A DNA stretch of 64,000 nt from Pecten maximus (Eukaryota): positions 16,244,001 to 16,308,000 of the forward strand of contig NC_047024.1 of the NCBI RefSeq assembly GCF_902652985.1. The letters are read 5' to 3'. The position numbers and the translations under genes are program-made. This document shows, piece after piece, positions 40,101 through 52,100 of the stretch. The notes beneath the pieces were generated by a model. It ran no database searches. It saw only the letters and a list, made by a program, of their open reading frames with translations, and was not told the DNA's origin. The stretch's first letter is position 1. Each line of letters begins with the position of its first letter.

Positions 40101-43100
40101 TCAATATATCACTATATATTACAGTCCTGTAAATAAAACCTCACTATATCACTATATATTACATAGTCCTGTAAATAAAACCTCACTATATCACTATATA
40201 TTACATAGTCCTGTAAATAAAACCTCACTATATCACTATATATTACATAGTCCTGTAAATAAAACCTCACTATATCACTATATATTACAGTACTGTAAAT
40301 AAAACCTCACTATATCACTATATATTACAGTCCTGTAAATAAAACATCAATATATCACTATATATTACATAGTCCTGTAAATAAAACCTCAATATATCAC
40401 TATATATTACATAGTCTTGTAAATAAAACCTCAATATATCACTATATATTACAGTACTGTAAATAAAACCTCACTATATCACTATATATTACAGTACTGT
40501 AAATAAAACCTCACTATATCACTATATATTACATAGTCCTGTAAATAAAACCTCACTATATCACTATATATTACATAGTCCTGTAAATAAAACCTCACTA
40601 TATCACTATATATTACATAGTCCCGTAAATAAAACCTCACTATATATTACAGTCCTGTAAATAAAACCTCACTATATCATCACTATATATTACAACAGTA
40701 CTGTAAATAAAACTTCACTATATCACTATATATTACAGTCCTGTAAATAAAACCTCACTATATCACTATATATTACATAGTCCTGTAAATAAAACCTCAC
40801 TATATATTACATAGTCCTGTAAATAAAACCTCACTATATCACTATATATTACATAGTCCTGTAAATAAAACCTCACTATATCACTATATATTACATAGTC
40901 CTGTAAATAAAACCTCACTATATCACTATATATTACATAGTCCTGTAAATAAAACCTCACTATATCACTATATATTACATAGTCCTGTAAATAAAACCTC
41001 ACTATATATTACATAGTCCTGTAAATAAAACCTCAAGTGCTATATATTACATAGTCCTGTAAATAAAACCTCACTATATCACTATATATTACATAGTCCT
41101 GTAAATAAAACCTCACTATATCACTATATATTACATAGTCCTGTAAATAAAACCTCACTATATCACTATATATTACATAGTCCTGTAAATAAAACCTCAC
41201 TATATCACTATATATTACAGTACTGTAAATAAAACCTCACTATATATTACATACATGTAGTCCTGTAAATAAAACCTCACTATATCACTGTAACTTTCAC
41301 ACTACATTTGTTGGGGGCCCATCTCCCATAGGGTCAAGGTCATGTGTTATGTAGAGAAACCTTCACACTACATCTGTTGGGGGTCAATATCCCATAGGGT
41401 CAAGGTCATGTGTTATGTAGAGAAACCTTCACACTACATCTGTTGGGGGTCCATCTATCATAGGGTCAAGGTCATGTGATATGTAGAGAAACCTTCACAC
41501 TACATTTGTAGGGGGCCCATCTCCCATAGGGTCAAGGTCATGTGATATGTAGAGAAACCTTCACACTACATCTGTTGGGGCCCATCTCCCATAGGGTCAA
41601 GGTCATGTGTTATGTAGAGAAACCTTCACACTACATCTGTTGGGGGTCCATCTCCCATAGGGTCAAGGTCATGTGTTATGTAGAGAAACCTTCACACTAC
41701 ATCTGTAGGGGGCCCATCTCCCATAGGGTCAAGGTCATGTGATATGTAGAGAAACCTTCACACTACATCTGTTGGGGGTCCATCTATCATAGGGTCAAGG
41801 TCATGTGATATGTAGAGAAACCTTCACACTACATTTGTAGGGGGCCCATCTCCCATAGGGTCAAGGTCATGTGATATGTAGAGAAACCTTCACACTACAT
41901 CTGTAGGGGGCCCATCTCCCATAGGGTCAAGGTCATGTGTTATGTAGAGAAACCTTCACACTACATCTGTAGGGGGCCCATCTCCCATAGGGTCAAGGTC
42001 ATGTGATATGTAGAGAAACCTTCACACTACATCTGTAGGGGGCCCATCTCCCATAGGGTCAAGGTCATGTGATATGTAGAGAAACCTTCACACTACATCT
42101 GTTGGGGGCCCATCTCCCAAAGGGTCAAGGTCATGTGATATGTAGAGAAACCTTCACACTACATCTGTTGGGGGCCGATCTCCCATAGGGTCAAGGTCAT
42201 GTATAGATGTTTACCTTGTCACCTTCTTCAGGCATCGGGTGCCAGTATGATGGCGGCTCCAGGTCCTTACTGTCCTGGTTTTCCTGTAGAAATGTTGTGA
42301 ACTGGTTACAGTCCTCATGACTGGTCATCAACCAGAGTCTTTTACAGTACCTACAGCTCGTCTGTAACATAAGAATTTCTGACTGTGAGATTTGGTGACA
42401 AAATAAACTTGTGTGACAATGACAAAAACTGCACATATTTTACTATATATTTATTCAAATACACAAAACACATAATAAAACTCATCTTACTGGACAGGTA
42501 ATTTTGTAAGAGGTACTGAGGGCCTACGAGATACGAGATACCATAATCTTTCTCTAAGTCACATATATATCAACACGGAAACATTTTTTTGTGACAATGC
42601 CATTTTTTGTCACCCATCTGCAATGCTAATATCTCCGATACACTGGACCGTAGTTCACTGCCCCTTGATAGCTCAGACTCTATGTACAACATGACATATC
42701 CCATTTTTCCAATAATACCCCGATGAAATTAGAACCACTACCAGTCTGGACTTGATGACAGATGTCATGGTATATCAAACTTACCTGTTCTTGGAATGTC
42801 AGTTAAAGACGAAAATTTTTTAAAATGCAAAATAAAACGACTTTAGATTTAAGAAAATACAAATGAAGAATAATTACGTTTTTACAGTTTGGGCACTCAA
42901 ATTCCTTGATACCAGCGTCCATGACCACTGGGAAACTGCAGTTTGGACACCTGTAAGTAAAGTTTTTTTGTTTATCATAAGTAATATTCCTTCTGTCTGA
43001 CTAATTAGGACATTATCTAAACATATGAATTACATTGTACAACCATTCCTTCTGTATGACTAATTAGAACATTTTTTTTTTGAAAACCTTTGGGAAAAAA

Positions 43101-46100
43101 ATCTGGATATTAAAGGAATCATTTTCACTCACGTTACTAGGTCCTCCATTTTGGTGATAGATTCTACAGCTTGTTTATGTAGCTTATCCTCCAACAGCTC
43201 CAGGATCAAGTTTGGCAGAATCTTCTTGGCTTGGCCTGTAATAAAAATAATCATCATTGAAGACAAGATGGCCATACAGAGATTATGCTAAGTATGTTGG
43301 AAATGGGACCCTGTCTTAAAATAGGAAAATTTGGTTGCATTTTTATTTTGAAAATTTGGAAAGCAGCATCAGTGTTTTGATGATTTTCCTTTACTGGTTT
43401 CTAAATCATCCTCATCAGAATTTATAACATCCCAGTGGACAGTTACTGTAATTATTTAGTAAGGCTTGGACATTGCTCTCTAGTGGTGTCACAGTGAAGT
43501 GTTGGTATATCTATGTATTCCTCCCTAGTGGTGTCACAGTAAAGTGTTGGTGTATCTATGTATTACTCCCTAGTGGTGTCACAGTAAAGTGTTGGTGTAT
43601 CTATGTATTACTCTCTAGCGGTGTCACAGTAAAGTGTTGGTGTATCTATGTATTACTCTCTAGTGGTGTCACAGTAAAGTGTTGGTGTATCTATGTATTA
43701 CTCCCTAGTGGTGTCACAGTAAAGTGATGGTGTATCTATGTATTCCTCCCTAGTGGTGTCACAGTAAAGTGTTTGTGTATCTATGTATTACTCCCTAGTG
43801 GTGTCACAGTAAAGTGTTGGTGTATCTATGTATTACTCTCTAGTGGTGTCACAGTAAAGTGTTGGTGTATCTATGTATTACTCTCTAGTGGTGTCACAGT
43901 AAAGCGTTGGTGTATCTATGTATTCCTCCCTAGTGGTGTCACAGTAAAGTGTTGGTGTATCTATGTATTACTCTCTAGCGGTGTCACAGTAAAGCGTTGG
44001 TGTATCTATGTATTACTCTCTAGTGGTGTCACAGTAAAGTGTTGGTGTATCAAGTAGTGCTCCAATCATATCCTGTTTGACGTGTGATTGGAAAATAAGT
44101 GCTTCTCTACTGAGCTGTCTCTGTGTAGCCTAATGTGGTATGCATGTTCAATGAAAAGGAATCTAACTTCACATTTAATCCCGTCAATGTATAATTTGTA
44201 CTAGGAGCAGGTGATCAGGTAAACAGGGATTTAGAGAATGTAGCAACCTCAATATCAGCATACGTAAAGATTTACTATTCTATAATCAACAATACAATAC
44301 AATACAATACAATACAATACAATACAATAATATTTTATTTGAGTGTCACACATCATTTTACAAATGTACAATGAGGATAACGATAAAAGCTTGTTAAAAA
44401 TGTACATGATGATGTCCAGCTGTATTCGGCTTATGAGACACTTTAAAAAATATGTATGCTCTTTGAATATCAAATGTCAGACTTTTACCTTTATACATCA
44501 TAGCCTACAACAGCGAACGTCTATGCTTCATCATAAAATATATAGATTTCGATAAGATATTGAAGATCACTATTTCGCAGAATATACAAACGTGTCTCTA
44601 GCATTTAAAGAATAAAAACCGTTACATAGTGTACTATATTGTTGAAATAACTCAGCACGTATATCGCTGTATGTAGGACATTCACATAGGTAATTTTCAA
44701 CAGTGTTCATACAAAATGGACATAATCGCTGGTCCTCAGGTAAATTTGTGTAACGACCAGTCTCTATCACTAGAGGTAGACATCCGAGTCGTAGCTTAGA
44801 TAAATGGCTATGGTAGTGGCATGTTATATGGGATGTGACGTAGTATTCAGAAATATAATCCTTTTTGAAACATCTGTATGTCCGAAGTTTGTTTCCCTGG
44901 TTTCGTCGGTTTTTCCATAGATTTTTGAACCACGTATATTCATTAGACACAATGAGTGCATTGCTAATATTATGCATTTTTACTCTAATTGTAGTGTTAC
45001 CGTTAAGTATATGTAATATATATAATAGTTTTGGATGGTGAAGCGTTTACCATGCAGACTGTACAATGGCATTATTTACAATCAATGACTGGGTAAACAA
45101 GAGTGTTAGTAGAGCATGGTTTGAATGAGGAATTTAGTGTCATTGTCAAGGATATATGTCTCGGCAAAATGCAAGCACCTGAGAAAATCTATCACATCGT
45201 AGATTTACAGAACCAAGCTTAATGTAATTTTCCTTACATCTTCGTAACAAATCAGGTTACTGTAGCTGTTCAGTGAATTTTTGCCTACAGCTATGCCCCC
45301 TACTTTTCTAAGGTCGGAGAACAGCCAATGACAGGCCATCCCTAATTTCTTTCGATCGTCAGTAGCTTCAGAATCTTTTACCTTGCGGCGCTAAACTGCA
45401 GGCTTAACCTTCGAAGGAAGTTGTCATCCCAGATTGTTTCAACCAGCATTGCGATGGCAGTAAAAGACTATAGAGATAGCTTGAACGCCTGCGTATCTAT
45501 ATACCATGAAATTGTATTTACACCTTTCAAAATGAGACAGGAATGATCAGAGAACTTAGTACTTACTTTCTGGTACTGTACTCTTACAGTTTTCACTTGG
45601 ACATTTAATCTGAGCCTGAAAAAGAAAACAGAAAAAAACTATAATGGAGAAGGACAGGAGGACTGTGTATTTGAGTATTTACACTGTTAACAGATATTTT
45701 ATTTAATATTTCCTTGACCCTGAATAAACAAAATATACCAAGGGCTATATCTCTGATTTTACTGGAACATCTGACAATATGTCTGTTTGGAAAGATAGGC
45801 CCAGGAGTACTCCCTACAAAAAATAGTGTTATGAATGTCCTTGACTTTGTGACACAAATTGAACAAAGGGATGTAACTCTGTATGAATTATATATAGCTA
45901 TCTATAGTACACTATATGATATATGTTCCAACAATGTGACACATGATGTACGAAGGCCATTTACTGAATTAACTGAGCTATTTGGCATATGATATATATA
46001 AATATGATCCAAACTATGTGACAGATGTTGAACAAAGGGCAATAACTCTGTATCAAGTAAGTATCTGGCATTTGATGCTGAACAAAGGGCAGCAGCTCAA

Positions 46101-49100
46101 TATGAAGTCTCCAATCCGGTACATACAAAACTAGTCCTAGGGTAAAATGATTCATAGCTTAATTGTATTTGTATTTTAATTGTATTGACCTCCTGACTAT
46201 CGGGGGACAGGATCTGACACGCCCACCATCACATGACTTGACAAACCATTGTATTGACCTCCTGACTATCAGGGGACAGGATCTGACACGCCCACCATCA
46301 CATGACTTGACAAACCATTGTATTGACCTCCTGACTATCGGGGGACAGGATCTGACACGCTCATCATCACATGACTTGACAAACCATTGTATTTACCTCC
46401 TGACTATCGGGGGACAGGATCTCTTTCACCTCTTTCTCCACACAAGAGTTACAGATGAGATGGCCGTCACAACACTGCACCACCATGTCTGTGTTTCGGC
46501 TCATCTTACACGACTCGCAGGGTAGCGACGATGAGGATACTTCTGTAAACATAAAAATACAAAATGGATGTAAGTAATATTTCCTTTGATTCTTCACCAA
46601 GATTAATTGTAAAAGAGGGGGCATGGGACTGGGGGCATGGGGCGGGGGGCATGGGGCAGGGGACATGAGGCAGGGGACATAGGGTAGGGGACATGAGGCG
46701 GGGGACATAGGGTGAGAGGCATAGGGTGGAGGACATAGGATGAGGATACTTCTGTATACATAACAATACAAAATGGATGTAAGTAATATTTCCTTTGATT
46801 CTTCACCAAGATTAATTGTGAAAGAGGGGGCATGGGACTGGGGGCATGGGGCAGGGGGCATGGGGCGGGGGGGCATGGGGTGGGGGCATAGGGCATGGGG
46901 CGGGGACATGGGGTATGGGGCGGGGGGCATGGGGCATGGGGTATGGGGCGGGGGGCATGGGGCATGGGGTTGGGAACATGGGGGGGGGGGGGGGGGGTGC
47001 ATGGGACTGGGGGCATGAGGCGGGGGACACTAACACTCAATACTCGAAAACACATGTTAATCAAAATCAATTAAACTAAGTTAAAGCATCAATTAATACA
47101 GATTAATTAATGTTATATTGTTAAATGATTGTCATGTCATTTAGTGAGCAATGCTTTCACCTCATATAATTTTGAATTTTCAGATTGTATGTGACAAAGG
47201 AAACAAAATTTTTGTTTATTCGATAAAAAGGTTCTTAAAATCACTTCGATTTTATATGAGATTGACAAAAACTCTTCATAATCTTTTTAACTTTCTAATA
47301 GATATGTAAATTTCAAAAACATTTTCAAATAAACAGTATGTTTTACAAGAAATGAGATTATTTGATTGATAGTGGATTAGATAGGATGTTGGAAATATCA
47401 GGATTTCAGAGATATCATTATCTCGTACGGTATCTAATGAGATATCACGTACCATTATCTCCTACGGTATCCAATGAGATATCACGTACCAATATCTTGT
47501 ACGGTATCCAATGAGATACCACGTACCATTATCTCGTATGGTATCCAATCAGATACCACGTACCATTATCTCGTACAGTATCCAATGAGATACCACGTAC
47601 CATTATCTCGTACGGTATCCAATGAGATACCACGTACCATTATCTTGTACAGTATCTAATGAGATACCATGTACCATTATCTCGTACAGTATCCAATGAA
47701 ATACCACGTACCATTATCTCGTACAGTATCCAATGAAATACCACGTACCAATATCTCGTACAGTATCTAATGAGATACCACGTACCAATATCTCGTACAG
47801 TATCTAATGAGATATCACGTACCATTATCTCGTACAGTATCTAATGAGATACCACGTACCATTATCTCGTAAAGTATCTAATGAGATACCACGTACCATT
47901 ATCTCGTACAGTATCCAATGAGATACCACGTACCATTATCTCGTAAAGTATCCAATGAGATACCACGTACCATTATCTCGTACAGTATCTAATGAGATAC
48001 CACGTACCATTATCTCGTAAAGTATCTAATGAGATATCACGTACCATTATCTCGTACAGTATCTAATGAGATATCACGTACCATTATCTCGTACAGTATC
48101 TAATGAGATATCACGTACCATTATCTCGTACAGTATCTAATGAGATACCACGTACCATTATCTCGTACAGTATCTAATGAGATATCACGTACCATTATCT
48201 CGTACAGTATCTAATGAGATATCACGTACCATTATCTCGTACAGTATCTAATGAGATATCACGTACCATTATCTCGTACAGTATCTAATGAGATATCACG
48301 TACCATTATCTCGTACAGTGTCTAATGAGATATCACGTACCATTATCTCGTACGGTGTCCATAGATTCTGCAGTTATCATGCAAATGTCTTTCTCGTCTT
48401 CTGAAGACTGGTATTCATCAAGGACATTTCTAACAGGCTGAAGAAAAAATATGCAATTTTATTAAAAGTTTCATTCAAACAAAAGTAGTGAATTAACCGA
48501 ATTAGCTGAAAAACATAACAGTTTGGAATAATCATGTTATGAAGATACCAATTTAATGAATCTGTTACATATTTATAATTTAGTAATTTTATGAAAATCC
48601 ATACCATACTGACATCACAGGATTATATTGACATACCTATACACCTGTCACAGGATTATATTGACAGACCTTTACACCTGTCACAGGATTATATTGACAT
48701 ACCTTTACACCTATCACAGGATTATATTGACATACCTTTACACCTATCACAGGATTATATTGACATACCTATACACCTCTCACAGGATTATATTGACATA
48801 CCTTTACACCTGTCACAGGATTATATTGACAGATCTTTACACCTGTCACAGGATTATATTGACAGACATACCTTTACACCTATCACAGGATTATATTGAC
48901 ATACCTTTACACCTGTCACAGGATTATATTGACATACCTTTACACCTGTCACAGGATTATATTGACATACCTTTACACCTATCACAGGATTATATTGACA
49001 TACCTTTACACCTGTCACAGGATTATATTGACACACCTTTACACCTGTCACAGGATTATATTGACATACCTTTACACCTGTCACAGGATTATATTGACAG

Positions 49101-52100
49101 ACATACCTTTACACCTGTCACAGGATTATATTGACAGACATACCTTTACACCTATCACAGGATTATATTGACAAACCTTTACACCTGTCACAGGATTATA
49201 TTGACATACCTTTACACCTGTCACAGGATTATATTGACATACCTTTACCCATGTCACAGGATTATATTGACACATGTCACAGGATTATATTGACAGACAT
49301 ACCTTTATACCTCTCACAGGATTATATTGACACACCTTTACACCTGCCACAGGATTATATTGACATACCTTTATACCTGTCACAGGATTATATTGACATA
49401 CCTTTACACCTGTCACAGGATTATATTGACATACCTTTACACCTATCACAGGATTATATTGACATACCTTTACACCTATCACAGGATTATATTGACATAC
49501 CTTTACACCTGTCACAGGATTATATTGACATACCTTTACCCCTGTCACAGGATTATATTGACATACCTTTACACCTGTCACAGGATTATATTGACAGACA
49601 TACCTTTACACCTATCACAGTATTATATTGACACAACTTTACACCTGTCACAGGATTATATTGACATACCTTTACACCTGCCACAGGATTACATTGACAC
49701 ACCTTTACACCTATCACAGGATTATATTGACAGACCTTTACACCTGTCACAGGATTATATTGACACACCTTTACATCTATCACAGGATTATATTGACATA
49801 CCTTTACACCTGTCACAGGATTATATTGACAGACATACCTTTACACCTGTCACAGGATTATATTGACAGACATACCTTTACACCTGTCACAGGATTATAT
49901 TGACATACCTTTACACCTGTCACAGGATTATACTGACATACCTTTACACCTGTCACAGGATTATATTGACAGACATACCTTTACACCTATCACAGGATTA
50001 CATTGACACACCTTTACACCTATCACAGGATTATATTGACACACCTTTACACCTGTCACAGGATTATATTGACATACCTTAACACCTGCCACAGGATTAT
50101 ATTGACACACCTTTACACCTATCACAGGATTATATTGACAGACCTTTACACCTGTCACAGGATTATATTGACACACCTTTACACCTATCACAGGATTATA
50201 TTGACAGACCTTTACACCTGTCACAGGATTATATTGACACACCTTTACACCTGTCACAGGATTATATTGACATACCTTTATACCTCTCACAGGATTATAT
50301 TGACATACCTTTATACCTCTCACAGGATTATATTGACACACCTTTACACCTATCACAGGATTATATTGACATACCTTTACACCTATCACAGGATTATATT
50401 GACCTACCTTTACACCTGTCACAGGATTATATTGACCTACCTTTACACTTGTCACAGGATTATATTGACATACCTTTACACCTATCATAGGATTATATTG
50501 ACAGACATACCTTTATACCTCTCACAGGATTATATTGACACACCTTTACACCTGTCACAGGATTATATTGACAGACATACCTTTACACATGTCACAGGAT
50601 TATATTGACATACCTTTTCACCTGTCACAGGATTATATTGACACCTTTACACCTGTCACTGGATTATATTGACATACCTTTACACCTATCACAAGATTAT
50701 ATTGACACACCTTTACACCTGTCACAGGATTATATTGACAGACATACCTTTACACATGTCACAGGATTATATTGACATACCTTTACACCTGTCACAGGAT
50801 TATATTGACATACCTTTACACCTGTCACAGGATTATATTGACATACTTTTATACCTCTCACAGGATTATATTGACATACCTTTACACATGTCACAGGATT
50901 ATATTGACATACCTTTACACCTGTCACAGGATCATATTGACATACTTTTACACATGTCACAGGATTATATTGACATACCTTTACACCTATCACAGGATTA
51001 TATTGACATACCTTTACACCTGTCACAGGATTACATTGACATACCTTTTTAGGAACAGCAGCTTTCCCTTTTCCTTTTGGTCCACCAACATAGTTGGATT
51101 TTTTACCATAAAGCCGTATGGGAGGTGCTGAGTTGGTTTCTTTTTCTCTTCTATCTGATTGTGAGTGTGTTTTGATTTTGTTGTTGCCAAGGGCAACTAC
51201 AATGTCAGGTTCTTTGTTTCCTGGTTGAGAAGCCGGATCAGTTTGAGTTGACTTCGGATAATTCCCATCTACCATGCTATCCACTAGGAAGTCTAGGTAG
51301 TTCTCATTTCCTCGCTGTACAGACGATTCTATCTTCTGTTTTATCCACTTCCTACAGGCATCAGGAAACCATTCACACTAAAAGAGAATTATATCATAGC
51401 ATAAAAAATCATGGTAAAATATATTATAGTACGATAAATTTTGGAGAAATGTTATCCTCTGTGTCACCAAACTTCAAACTTAGCTCGACATTGGCATCAT
51501 TCAGATCTGATGAATTATAACCTACCACTTTGTCAATGTCCTCCTCCTCATTGGTGGTAGTACCCTGATCTGATAAATTATAAATATAACCTACCACTTT
51601 GTCAATGTCCTCCTCCTCGTTGGTGGTACCCTGATCTGATGAATTATAACCTACCGCTTTGTCAATGTCCTCCTCCTCGTTGGTGGTGGTACTCTGATCT
51701 GATGAATTATAACCTACCACTTTGTCAATGTCCTCCTCCTCGGTTGGTGGTACCCTGATCTGATGAATTATAACCTACCACTTTGTCAATGTCCCCCTCC
51801 TCGTTGGTGGTGGTACCCTGATCTGATGAATTATAACCTACCACTTTGTTAATGTCCTCCTCGTTGGCAGTACTCTGATCTACTGATGACTGGTTCTTTT
51901 CCTGTCTAGATCCAATGTCTTTTTTGGATGGTTTAGATTCCTTTCCTGGTAGAGGTCCAGTGTACTTCATTCCTTTTGTCGGTTCAGATTGTACAATGCT
52001 CCTACTTTGTAGATTCTTACACAAACTTGAATCTCTCTCAGTGAATTCATTTTTGATTCGACTTACTTTGACAGGAGGCTCTGTTACAGAAACATTTTGT

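Noticed and set aside
46603-47079. Pro-rich and Gly-rich ORFs
   Set aside because: Products of the (GGGGCAT)n repeat; only 46397-46542 is a credible exon.
48591-51131. Many overlapping plus-strand ORFs (LSQDYIDIPLH / THRIILTYLY)
   Set aside because: Translations of the 33-bp array, antisense to the host gene.
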